DNA of 64,000 nucleotides from Raja brachyura (GCA_963514005.1 OY740787.1:65410001-65474000), one strand, 5' to 3'. Shown: positions 1-12,364, counted from the stretch's first letter. Notes: generated by a model from the letters alone, not told the origin. Made by a program: numbers and translations.

Positions 1-190
1 AACATCAAACAGGCCTCGGGTTCAACGCAATAGGACAACTAGAACCAACCCTCGGGTCGTGCCCTATCAACAAAAGCCTTTTTTAGGACTTTTTTAGCCC
101 ACAGCGACCAGCCTGGAAGATGCGCCAACCCCACATCCCAGCAACACAACGAACCAAGAAAGGCCAGAACATCAAGCCCCGCTGGTAACC

Positions 191-2120
191 ATGGAGGTAA
201 GGGGGTCTGGTTCTCTTGGGAGTGCTGCATGTATAACCTCACAAGTAGGAGGGAGATTGCGTACATTTTGGGATGCATGGGGTTCTATAACTTCTGACAC
301 TTTTATATTACAAAGTATTCAGGGTTATGAAATTAAATTCATAAATGGACACCTTCCCCCAGCTCAGCATGTATCTAACCAGAAATTTGCACTTTCTCAC
401 AAAGAAAAAGTGGAAGGATATGCGGAACTATTAAGGTTATACACCAAGGGGGTTATAGAAAAAACGTCACATGAACCTCGTGAGTTTGTATCTAACATCT
501 TTACTAAACCAAAAAAGATGGTGGATGTCGTATCATAATTGATTTAACCCACTTGAATACCTTTGTACAATATACCCAGTACAAGATGGAAACATTTGAA
601 ACGGCTAAGCAACTGATTTCCAGAGGGTGCTTCATGGCCTGCATCTTCATGGCCTAAAAGATGCATACTATTCAGTACCTATATGGGAACATCACCGAAA
701 ATACTTAAAATATGTCTGGATGGGGCAACTAAGGCAATACAGAGCCCTACCTAATGGGCTTACAACAGCCCCTAGGTTATTTACCAAAATACTAAAACCA
801 GTATTGGCGTCTCTACGAAGACAAAACCACATAGTCATGGCATATCTAGATGACATTTTAATTGTGGGAAAAACTTTGGAATTAGCTAAATTAGCAGTAA
901 CAGCTACCAAATCATTATTTGAGAAACTAGGGTTTGTCACCCATCCAGACAAATCTAAGTTCAACCCCTCTGTGATTATGGACTATCTGGGATTCACAAT
1001 TAACACCAGTCATATGATTGTCACTATCCCAGGGAACAAAGCAACAGACATAATAGAGGCATGTAACAGCCTTGCTTGCGCCAGGAAACCGACTATTGGA
1101 CATGCTGCTAAGGAGACTGGGAAACTTGTAGCTACATTTCCAGCTGCACAATTTGGCCCGTTACACTATCAAAACTTGCAAAGAGCAAAAATCTCAGCAT
1201 TAAAAGCAAATGCTGGACATTTTGACAGACCTATGCAGCTGCCAAACAAGGCAAAAATTGAGCTACAATGGTGGATTAGCAATGTTCGTGATTGTTTTAA
1301 TCCCATCATTATATCAAATCAATCAGTCGTGTTACAAACCGATGCAAGCGCCTAGGGCTGGGCAGCTACCGACACCACTTCCAGTTGTGGCGGCAGAGGG
1401 GATTTACACGAGTCTACTCTTCTTCAATCACAAGGTATAAACTATTTGGAAATGCTGGGAGCATTTCACGGGCTGCGGGCTTACTGCACTAATCTGCATC
1501 ATACGCATGTCCGTCTTCAAATAGATAATACCACAGTGATGGCGTATTTAAACCATATGGATGGTATCAAGTCAATATATTGTGATGAATTGGCAAATTT
1601 AATATGGCTCTGGTGTATTGAAAGAAATATTTGGATATCAGCTATGTACCTTCCGGGTAAGCTCAATACAGTGGCAGACACCAGGTCACGAGTATTTATT
1701 GACAACATCGAGTGGATGTTGAACCCCCAAATATTTGCTAAAATTACAGCCAAATATGGAACACCAGCTATCAACCTCTTTCCGTCCAGGTTGAACCATC
1801 AGATACCAACATATGTCTCTTGGGAACCAGTTCCTGGGGCAGTGGCGATGGACGCGTTCTTGCTACATTGGGGGAAATGGTTTTTCTATGCATTTCCCCC
1901 ATTCTGCCTCATCAGTCGGGCATTGCAGAAAATTCAACTAGATTCTGCATCAGGTATACTGATAATACCCGACTGGCCCACACAACCATGGTAACCGGTG
2001 GTCCTCAACATGATGAAAGAACCATGGGTACAGGTTACCAAATGCCCGAATTTGGTGACCAATCCCATAACAGGGGAAAATCAGCCATGCCATGGTCATC
2101 TGTTGGCTTGCAGGTTCTGA
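191..2120 (+). pseudogene. DIRS pol (RT/RNase H/MT-like), disrupted
   Basis: ORF pieces 191-538, 627-1355 and 1446-1994 are collinear with the intact pol at 35602-37461; separated by frameshifts and stops. Confidence 0.9.
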
Positions 2121-3078
2121 AGAGGCCTTTACTGGAATTCGGGCTGTCAACAAGAACCATGGACATCATTACAGCATCGTGCAGAGAGTCCACAAGAAAG
2201 CAGTACCTCACCCACATAAGGAAATGGGAGGCCTTCTGTAGTCGGACCAAGACCACCTACAACTCTGCTACGATCACCAATGTGCTGGAATTCCTCGCAG
2301 GCCTTCATTATGATGAGGCCCTCAGTTACAGTGCCATAAACAGTGCCAGGAGTGCACTGTCATCCTATCTCAACATTGGAGTGGGATCTCACCAGCTGGT
2401 ATCCAAACTCATGAGGGGTATATTCAATTCCAACCCTCCCCGACCACGATATAATATTACCTGGGATATTGGGGTTGTGTTGTCCCTACTCAGGAGCTGG
2501 TCGCCTATGACGGATTTACCACTGGACAAACTCACCTTCAAAGTGGTGATGTTAATGGCACTGACCACAGCACAACGGGTCCAGACACAACCGAAACTAA
2601 AACTGGATAGAATGGTCTCGACCCCCAATAAAGTGACTTTCTTTTTATAAATGAGTTACTTAAACAACACAGGCCTGGATCTACATGTCTGAAATTGGAA
2701 TTCCTAGCATACCCCGCTGATGTATGACTCTGTATAGCCACCTATCTCCGACATTATATCAATGTCACACAGACCATCAGGAAAATGGAGATGGGTCTAT
2801 TTATCAGCCATAAAAACCCACATCACAGGGTGACGGTGCAGACTATCTCCAGGTGGCTCAGGGTGGTATTGGGTGCAGCAGGTATAGACACTAACATTTT
2901 TTAATCTCATTCTACCAGGGCTGCATCCACATCAGCGGCGAGGACCATGGAGGTACCCATGGATCATGTCCTCGCAACAGCGGGCTGGGCCAGTGAACCT
3001 ACATTTCAGCGTTTTTATAACAAACCTGTGGCCGCTCCCGCAACGTTTGCGGAGTCAGTTTTAAGTGCTGTTCCCTAA
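2114..3078 (+). pseudogene. DIRS tyrosine recombinase, disrupted
   Basis: STRKQYLTHIRKW...SAINSARSALS...AQRVQ, later SHSTRAASTS, AGW, FQRFYNKPV; frameshifted after ~2645. Confidence 0.9.
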
Positions 3079-4189
3079 ACGTTTTTCCCCGAATTCAGGG
3101 GTTTTTGTTTTGTATTAATAAATACGTTATTATTTTTCAGCTTGTTCAAGTCTGAAATACGTTAACATACTTCCTCCATCAGTAATTACAGCAGTGTGTG
3201 AGCATGGACGTGGTCCAGGGCATGGAATCACAGAGCTTTGAAATCTTCACGAAGTCACTCGGGTGACTCCGAAGTAAAATAGTAAGATTAAACAAGAACT
3301 TACCAGTTTGAAGTCTGATCCTTATTTTATGAGGAGTTACGATGAGGGATTTCATGCCCTCCGCTCCCAACCCTCTATCATAAGGTCAACTGGTATATTA
3401 GTGGACTCTAAATCTTACTATCTTCAGTCATTGTTGTTATCTGTGATTCCACAGCGCTGCTTTGAAGAATGTCGCGCATGCGTGCTGGCGGGGTCTTCAC
3501 GAAATCCCTCATCGTAACTCCTCATAAAATAAGGATCAAACTTCAAACTGGTAAGTTCTCATTTAATCTTACTATTTTAGGTCACACAAAAATAAGAAAG
3601 CGATAAAAGCACTCAGTAGGTCAAAGAACAGCTATGTATAATATTTTCTTTGACTGGATAGCACACCACAAAAAGCTTTTCATTGTACCTCGGTACATGG
3701 GACAATAATAAACTGAACTAATAAAAAGAGAATAATGTTTCAGGTCAAGGAGCTTCATCAGACCTGGAAAAGAGAGACCTGGAAAGAGACCTGGAACAAA
3801 CAATGAAAATGATGGAGAGAACAAAGGAAATGATAAGCACATAAAGTTGGAGTAACTCAGTGGGACAGTCAGCATCTCTAGAGAGAAGGAATGGGTGATG
3901 ATTTGGGTCGAGACCCTTCTTCAGAGGTGCAGACCAAAGCTACTCCAGTTAGGAACAACACATCTGTGATGAAAAATAAGAAATGGTTACCTGAAATTAT
4001 TAAATTTAATATGAAGTTTAGTTTAGCTTATTGTCACGTGCACCGAGGTACAGTGAAAAGCTTTTGTTGCGTGCTTACAAGTCAGAGGAAAGACAATGCA
4101 TGATTACCATTGAGCCATCCACAGTGTCAATACATGATAATGGGAATAACATTTAGTATAAAGGGAATAACATTTTAAAGGGAATAACA

Positions 4190-4365
4190 TATTCAAGAGA
4201 GAGTTAGATAGACGTATTCAAGAGAGTGTTAGATATAGCTCAGAATCAATGGCTATGGGGAGAAGGAAGGAATGGGGTACTCATTTAGGATGATCAACCA
4301 TGATCATATTGAATGGTGGTGCTGGCTCGAAGGGCCGAACGGCCTACTCCTGCACCTATTTTCTG
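4190..4365 (+). repeat. CR1 LINE 3' end fragment
   Basis: attcaagagagagttagat...gatcatattgaatggtggtgctggctcgaagggccgaacggcctactcctgc; same tail as 18060-18210. Confidence 0.7.
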
Positions 4366-4999
4366 TATTTGGTCCAATGGGCTTCAATACAAATGTGAAA
4401 GATGAGGTGCTATTCCTCCAGCTGACATTGTTGCAGTAATGTAGGAGGCTGAACACAGATTCATCAGAGTAGGAGTGAGGCAGAAAATTAAAATTATAGA
4501 TGATTGGTAGCTCATGGCTGCTCTTGCAGACTGAACAGATGTTATCTGTAAAGGTCGACTCAAAACGTCGACTGTACGATTCTCTTGACAGATATGACCT
4601 GATCTGCTGAGTTCCTCGAACAGATTGTTTTTGCTCCAAATTCCAGCATTTGCAGTCTCCTGTCACCACTCAACGCACGTTTGGATTCTTCAGTGCAGAA
4701 AAGATCATTCTGAGAGCACAGAATACTGTAGACGAAATGTGAAGCAATGCTGGCAGATTGTTGCCTCACCTGTTGGGTTCATGCATGTTTGGAAGGAGTA
4801 AAAGGACAGACATTGCACCTGCCATGGTCGTGCAAGAAAGTGTTGCAAGAAAGGAAGTATTCAGTGAAAATGGAAGAGCAAACTGGCATGTCACAGAGCA
4901 AACAGTCCCTTCAGAATGCACAGGAGGGGAAGATTCCTGTGGTGTTGGTATATTTTAGGTGGATGAAATTATGAAGGGCAATCAGTTGAACCTAGAGTG

Positions 5000-5192
5000 C
5001 AGGAAGGAACTGCAGATGCTGGTTTATACTGAAGAATGATACAAAATGCGGGAGTAACTCAGCGAGTCAGGCAGCATTTCTGGAGAAAATGAATAGGTGA
5101 AGAAGGGTTCCAACCCAAAATTTTATCTATTCCTTTTCTCCAGAGATACTGCACAACCGACTGAATTACTCCAACATTTTGTGTCTATCTTT
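5000..5192. repeat. Penelope pLTR-derived short inverted-repeat element
   Basis: ggaactgcagatgctgg...actcagc...gcagcat...ggtga followed by its inverted counterpart. Similar copies near 3830, 6580, 6805, 12220, 21825, 28830, 29465, 29875, 43400, 44170, 48050, 50090, 54715 and 63240. Confidence 0.7.
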
Positions 5193-7100
5193 GGTTGAAC
5201 ATAGACACTGGTGGGCGTGAAAAATGAGGACTATGAAAACCCTAGCTGTGTTTTAGCTGGGAGGAGAGTTGTTAGGAATAGAACTGCAGGAAACAGAGAT
5301 GCCATTGAGAACTCTATAACAACGGTAGAGAGGAAGCTATGATTAAGGAAAAAGACATCTTAAAAATATTGAATCAGCCTGTTCCATGTATCCAAAAAGT
5401 ATGCGTTGTTTAAAGAGTAAGGACTCAGTAGAATTCTTCTGCCATTTGAGTTGTGCCATAGAATATTTAATGCCCAAAGAGGTCCAATGGTGCAACACTT
5501 AATAGCTATGTCTGAAAGGTGGCATGTCACATTATACCAATCTCTTAACACCAAGACTGGAAGCCTAGACTATGTTGTGAAATGTAGAGTGCAAATTGAA
5601 CCTACAAACCTCTGCCTCAGAAGAATAATCACTACCATTGAACTTAGACCAATACAGTACACAATAGCTAATTTGCCTTCCCTTTGTAACAGTAAAACAA
5701 CTTGAAACTCCAGGAACTCCATCTTCAAGTTGAATTCCTTATAAATTGAGAATCACAACACTTAATATGCCAGATGAAGTGCAAGTTACTTGGACAAGTA
5801 GCAGAAATATAAACTGGAACAATAATTTGCATTGATACCTTCTTAAAGCCAAGCAGGCCTGACTTGAAAATATTAAGAACAAAAGTTTGTGAGATGATGG
5901 CATGTAGACTGAGGTTAGCTGAGAAGACACAGCAGGGCATGATCTTGGATTTGCATAGATACCATGGATAAGGAAGTATTAGTGACTGTCTGTAAACAAA
6001 ATGCCCATGTGAAACCTCAGTACTGTCAATTTACATTATTAGTATCAGCAAACCTGAACCAGTTTGAAATATCTTGAAGATTTGGGATACAGGCACTATA
6101 AGCTGAGCAGTATTAGTTATTTATTATTTGTTCGGGGAAAAGCCACATCTAGCCAACTTTACTTCCTCCCTTCATGGGCTGGTTCCATTCTCAGATGTGC
6201 CCTAATGATCTTGGTAAAAAAACAGATAGAAATTAAGCAAATCACAAGCCACAGCTGGACCACGAGAAAGCAAATCTGATCACAATGGAAAATCACCACT
6301 AATGCCTGCACAACATCTAAAACTAAAAGCTACCTCTTCACTAGCCCAAAATCACCAGACCTGCTAGGCCTGGTCACCAATAATATAGTCCCAAATTTGC
6401 ATGAACTGAATATTTCATAGTGGACCCTAAAGACAGCTAAAGAAATGGGATGAACCAAGGTTTAGACACAGAAATAACAAGGAAAACAAAAAGACTGGAT
6501 TATAGGACACCTGGGGGGAAAAAAGATTACCATAAAATATTTTAACACTCAAGAAACCTGTAGAAATAATGTGCACAAAAGGACATAAAGCATCTCGGGA
6601 GAACATGGATAGGTGACGTTCTTGTGAGGACCCTTCTTTAGGCACAATGTACAACATACAACTTGGAGGAAGAAATGGCAGCATTTTCTTCCATACATCT
6701 CTGTCTCAGTGCGGTTCGCAAAATTTACAGAATTCTTATGGCAATGAATACCAATTTTAAATTGATGCAAGAGTTTAACTTGTACTATGTGCAAACGCAA
6801 CTTGCAGTCTGAAGAAGGGTCTTGACCCAAAATGTCACCTACCCATGTTCTCCAGAGATGCTGCTTGACCTGCAGTTACTCCAGCATTTTGTGAAATTTT
6901 GCTAATACTAACATCATTCATCTCTTTCAATTATTACCTCCCACGGGCAGATGATTAGGCACCGCACATCTCCAGCATTTACTGCTTTCATCTCTCGCAC
7001 ATTGATACCCAGATGCTCCCATAGAACAAAACAACACAGCTGAGGAAACACAGGCCTTTCAGCCCACAATATCCTTGTCAAACATGATGCCAGGTTAATC

Positions 7101-8492
7101 AGTCACATTGACGACTGCTTTGGTGTCACCTCCTGCACCCACGCAGAACTGACTGACTTCATCCATTTCACCACCAACTTCCATCCGGCACTCAAATATA
7201 CTTGGACCATCTCCGACATTTCCCTACCATTCCTTGACCTCACCATCTCTATTGCAGGTGATACACTCCTGACTGACATCCACTACAAACCAACTGACTC
7301 CCACAGCTACCTGGACTACTCTTCCTCCCACCCTGCTTCCTGTAAGGACTCCATCCCCTATTCCCAATTCCTCCGTCTACGCCGCATCTGCTCCCAGGAT
7401 GACGTGTTCCACACCAGGTCATCGCAAATGTCCTCGTTCTTCAGAGAACGGGGTATCCCCTCCCCCACTATAGATGAGGCTCGCACCAGGGTCTCCTCCA
7501 TACCCCGCAACACTGCCCTCTCTCCCCATTCCCCCACTCACAACAAGGGCCGAGTCCCCCTGGTCCTCACCTTTCACCCCACCAGCCAGCGCATACAACA
7601 GATAGTCCTCCGCCAGTTTCGTCACCTCCAACGTGACCCCTCCACTCGCCACATCTTCCCATCTCCCCCCGTCTGCCTTCCGCAAAGACCGCTCCCTCCG
7701 CAACTCCCTCGTCAATTCTTCCCTTCCCTCCCGCTCCACTCCTTCCCCGGGCACTTTCCCTTGCAACCGCAAGAGATGCTACACTTGTCCCTTCACCTCC
7801 CCCATCCACTCCTTTCAGGGACCCAAGCAGTCATTCCAAGTCCGACAGAGGTTCACCTGCACCTCCTCCAACCTCATCTACTGCATCCGTTGCTCCAGAT
7901 GCCAGCTGATCTACATCGGTGAGACCAAGCGGAGGCTGGGCGATCATTTAGCCGAACACCTCCGCTCGGTCTGCAATAACCAACCTGACCTCCCGGTGGC
8001 TCAGCACTTCAACTCCCCCTCCCACTCCGTATCCGACCTCTCGGTCCTGGGCCTCCTCCACGGCCAGAGTGATCAACACTGCAAGTTGGAGGAACACCAC
8101 CTCATATTCCGCTTGGGGAGTCTGCATCCTCTGGGCTTAAACATTGAATTTTCTCAATTCTGTTAACCCAGACTGCCTCCCCCCCACCTCTCCCTCAGCC
8201 TTCTGGCCCTGACATTCCTTCTCCATCTCCCCCCCCCCCCCCCCCCCAGTCGCACTAGCTTCTCATTTTCACACCACAAACAGCTTACAATGGCCTGCTT
8301 CCTTTATCACCAATACTTTTTTGCATATCTTTCACTCATTGTTCCTTATCTCTCCACATCACTGTTTATATCTCTCGTTTCCCTGATCCCTGACCAGTCT
8401 GAAGAAGGGTCTCGACCCGAAACGTCGCCTATCTCCTTCGCTCCTTAGATGCTGCTGCACCCGCTGAGTTTCTACAGCTTTTTGTGTAACCC
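7101..8492 (+). mobile_element. Penelope-like element (Neptune type), 5'-truncated, RT C-terminal half + GIY-YIG + pLTR
   Basis: Starts at the IDDCFG catalytic motif, then LPFLDL, YKPTDSHSYLDY, Cys linker PCNRKRCYTC and GIY-YIG (LIYCIRC...YIGET); one frameshift ~7665. 12-bp TSD gccaggttaatc at 7089-7100 and 8493-8504, inside a CR1-like tail. Confidence 0.93.
8399..8426 (+). ncRNA. Minimal type I hammerhead ribozyme core in Penelope pLTR
   Basis: CTGAAGA-A-GGGTC-TC-GACCC-GAAACGTC: CUGANGA box, 5-bp stem II, GAAA, palindromic ACGU in place of stem III, UC cleavage motif. Confidence 0.7.
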
Positions 8493-8749
8493 GCCAGGTT
8501 AATCTAATCTCCTCTGCCTGCACATAATCCATACCCCTCTATTCCCTGCACATCAATATGCCTGTCCAAAAGCCACTTAAACACCACTTTCACATCTGCC
8601 AAGGATTGGCTGTGCATTCCAGTCACACCACCCTCAATGGAAAAATATTTCCCTCACATGTGTCCTTTAAACTTTGCCCCTCTCAAACTAGCTGGGTTTT
8701 GTAATGAGAATCCTCAGAAAGGGTGGGAGAAGGGGGAGCATATGGGATA

Positions 8750-9965
8750 TTTAGTTTTAGTTTAGACATACAGAATGTAAATAGGCCCTTCGGCCCACAG
8801 AGTCCATACCGACCAAATCATCCGTTCACTTTCTCATCCACACCATGCCTGTGACGTGCGGCGAGGTCAATGGCTAGGGAGGCACTGGCTAGTATCAGTG
8901 GCCCGGCCCTCCCTGTATTGATCACCACGTCTCCCCGAGGTTGTGGGCCTGTTGTGTCCCGCTGGCCATATTTTGGAGACTCCTGCCTTACATGAACTAA
9001 ACAAAAATGTACAGAAGTACAAAAATTGATGACTTTATTATTGTGATAAGTATAGATCTATTTTTTAAAAATCTAGTAACTTTCTAATGTACCAACAAAG
9101 TCTACCTTCCCAAGTGGCGTATCTTGTTCCACTCCATGATCTTTGGTCTGCACGGCCGCTGCTGAAGCTAGCTAACGTGGAGGGAGACTGAGGTAGCGTC
9201 AATGACGTGGGCTGAGCCTACGTAATTGACGCTCGCTCTCCCTACACTGGGGTCAAGACACACCCCCTTGTGAGGCAGACGTGATCGCTGCCTCCCCTGG
9301 AGCTTTTTCATTACAGTTTTATGTGAGACCAGCGAGCACAAATTTAATATCTTTATATGGGAAATACGTTACCTGGACTATGGAAGATAAGGACATGTAA
9401 TGAAGGGGGTTACACACATTACTTTGGTGACATACATAGAGATGGTAACAAGCATATGCTTATTGCCCGCGCTGCATGTAGTTTCTAAGGGGTTGCACAA
9501 TCAGAGAGGAGGCTCAGCTCCCCGCTGCCTCACCTCTCATGTCTCCATGTATTTGCGGCGAAGCTGCAAAAATTTTGCGATTTTTACTATAAAAATTGAT
9601 TACATTCATATAGAAATGACATTTATAACACAGATCTGTTGAAAAATCTTTATGTTTGTTTTATTTTATTATTATTTTTCTCTACTTTTCTTAACAGCTA
9701 TTTTCATTTGGAGTATGACAGGTGAGGCTCTGCTTCCCCTGACCGTACGTCCCTGCACCCTACACACTGTCAATTTTAGAGAAGCCAATGAACCTACAAA
9801 ACCCGCACATCTTTGGGATGTGGAAGGAAACCGGAGCACCCGGGGGAAACCCACGGCGACAGGGAAAACGTGCAACCACCTCCACACATTCAACACCCGA
9901 TGTCAGGATCAAACCCGGGTCTCTGTCGCTGTGAGGCAGCGCCTCTCCCAACTGCGCCATTGCTG
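8750..9965 (-). repeat. HE1-like tRNA/V-SINE split by a hAT-like MITE
   Basis: Tail at 8750-8848 and head/body at 9756-9965 match the intact SINE at 30670-30944 in reverse. Confidence 0.75.
8849..9755. mobile_element. Non-autonomous hAT-like DNA transposon
   Basis: Imperfect TIRs ctgtgacgtgcgg / ccgtacgtccctg; degenerate 8-bp TSD caccatgc / caccctac; interrupts a SINE. Confidence 0.65.
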
Positions 9966-10080
9966 TTTGCTTTGATTAAGAAGTGGAGGTCGCTGCTTGC
10001 GGTGAACAGTTTTAAACGGGTCTCACTCCAAAAAAAACCCTCATAATAGCAATTCAAGTTAATCATCACATTCAACTTAC

Positions 10081-10400
10081 CCTCTTCTGGCAGTTTCGTG
10101 CCGGTAACTTTCTCAGCTTTGAATTGTCAACAAACAATTGCTCGCAGAATAAAGAATGTTTCAGGAGTTGGGTTATTGCTCACTTTCCATCCAGCCTCTT
10201 GACAACAAAACGCACGCGGACTCCCGGGCGCGGCGCGGCGCGCGTGCACCGAGGCTTTCACCCCTTCCCGGGACTATCTGAGCACCCAATTAAGAGTACA
10301 GACGTGAGGTTGAGTTTACATGCAACCTGTCTTTTCCACATGATCGCCTGCGGCGTCTGTCTGCCAGGTGAACTCTTTCAGCGTAGCTTCAATAATTAAC
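10081..10400 (-). promoter_or_regulatory. CpG-rich candidate promoter and non-coding first exon
   Basis: Apparently non-repetitive CpG cluster (cgcacgcgg...gcgcggcgcggcgcgcg) with a consensus minus-strand donor AGG|GTAAGT at 10081/10080. Confidence 0.35.
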
Positions 10401-10522
10401 CAGAAACTGATGAGTCTTTAAGTTCGACAAAGAATTAGCCTGCGCTACTGTAAACTGGAATAAATAACTTTGTGTAGAAATAACTCCAGTGGTTTTAACA
10501 AAAATGTCCACATTTCTTAGCA

Positions 10523-11585
10523 ATGTTACAACATTTTGAGATTTTAAAAATCAAGTCTGCAATTTACCCCACCAGATAAAGCATAAAAAGAAGTTTAATT
10601 TGACACCTAATTCACTTTCATATCTTCAGTATTAAAAAAATTATGGCCATTTTCATACTCGGAAATTAACATCTTGTTCCCCATTGCCTTTCCATTGACT
10701 TAACTCAAAAGCTGTGATCTGGGACAGTCAAAAGCCCATAACCTTCTTAAAAATTAAGAGAACTCAATGAAATTTTCAGTTATTATAGATTGAAGCATTC
10801 TGAAACAAATATGAAACTATCTTACTTGGATGATCTGAAATTAAAGCATATAATTAGTTAGTTAACTAACTATTATATAACTAGTTAACTAATTATAGCT
10901 AATTACAAAATTCAATTACTAGATCTAAACATCTATCCATTTCTTAAGAAATGATAAACATTTTTAAGTTGCCTAAGTGTCCATATAACATTCACACAAT
11001 AATCCACAATATAACATGATTTTTAAATCTAATTTTCATGAATTTATAGGCCAAATGGAAGGAATTTAGTGTTTAATTCCTGTAAATTAATGGCCATTTA
11101 AATCAACTTGCGAGTGGGTTTTAGTGCAACGCGGTGGTTTGGAACGTTGCGGTTTGCGGTGGATTTAACCCACAGTCGGCAGGAAAAATACAGCCGGTTC
11201 GTTTTTTTTTTTTGTCCCCTTTTCGCAACATGAAAATTTGATTAAACGATTCCTAAGAAGCACGTTTTTATGTAAAAATAAACTGTGTACCTTCTTTTAT
11301 CGCCTACGTTAGGTCCGTTCCACTGTCGGCGTTCACGACTTTAGAAGATGATTTTTAAACTACTCTAGCTAATAAATGATCTAACGTAGTTTAAAAATAC
11401 CTTCATAAATCAAATGTCGGAGCGATTTCTCTTTAGCGACGAAATCGCCTGAGATTGATCGATTTGGACTGTCTAGGGAAAAGCGGCATTTTAAACCCGT
11501 CCCCCTCTGAAAGGCGCCAAAGTCGCGCACATGGAGAGCGGCAGAACTGCAGCGCCGCTCAAGGTAGGTATTGTAACATACCTAC
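10523..11585. mobile_element. Non-coding putative DNA element with 9-bp inverted termini and a terminal hairpin
   Basis: ATGTTACAA (10523-10531) and TTGTAACAT (11571-11579); hairpin GTAGGTAT-TGTAAC-ATACCTAC (11564-11585); AT-rich interior. Confidence 0.45.
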
Positions 11586-11959
11586 ATTACTACAGAACAC
11601 AGCCGGCAGACACCATGGCCATTTTATATTGGAATGGATTTTATCAGACATCTTTAGTCTTATTTGAGCACCCAATTAAACTAAAACGTTGAATTAGGTA
11701 TGTAAAATGTTGAATGCACAGTTTTGCGATTTAGTTGAAAAAATGGACCCGAAATTTTTTATTAAAACTCATAATTATTGGTTTAAGTAGGTGAAGACTT
11801 AAACGTAATTAGGTTGCTTACTTTATGAAGATCCACAAGATGACGATGTTGCAATAAAAGAATTACTGCTTTGCAGTTCTTACCATCTGCCATGTGGCCA
11901 GAAGATTACTTCAAACTACTGCATATTTCATGTTTCTGAGATAAAACAGACAATATCCA

Positions 11960-12215
11960 GCACAGTCACACAACTGGTAGAGCTGCTGCCAAACAGTGCC
12001 AGAGACCTCGGTTTTAGCTCAGGTGTTGTCCGTGTGAAGTTAGCATCTTCTCCCTGTGACCGCGTGGATTTCCCCTGGGTGCTCCAGTTGCCTCCCACAT
12101 TGCAAAGATATGTGGGTTAATTGGCCTCTGTAAATTGCCTGCAGTGTGTAGGGAATGGATGTAAAAGTAGGATAACATAGATCTTGTGTGAATAGGTGAT
12201 CGATGGTTGTCGTGG
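11960..12215 (+). repeat. HE1-like SINE, tail-less
   Basis: gcacagtcacacaactggtagagctgctgcc...cagagacctcggtt head and V-like core. Confidence 0.65.
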
Positions 12216-12364
12216 TGTTTAAGAAAGAACTGCAGATGCTGGAAAAAGCGTAGGTAGACAAAAATGCTGGAGAAACTCAACGGGTGAGGCTGCATCTATG
12301 GAGCGAAGGAATAGGTGAGTTGACTCTGCTGGCTAGAGGAAGGAACTGCAGATGTTGCTTTTTA

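Larger units (their letters stand above)
1..3578 (+). mobile_element. DIRS1-type tyrosine-recombinase retrotransposon (copy A), 5' part outside window, frameshifted
   Basis: RT (YRALPNGL, YLDD), RNase H (LQTDAS, IDNTT), MT-like domain (YAFPPF) and YR (HSTR, AGW, FYNKP) in order. Internal complementary region ~3247-3352; its 3' part is the reverse complement of the element's right end (~3502-3578). Confidence 0.95.

Noticed and set aside
4137-4235. Short tandem duplications (gggaataacat x3; attcaagagag x2)
   Set aside because: Ordinary slippage or repair duplications at a repeat junction.
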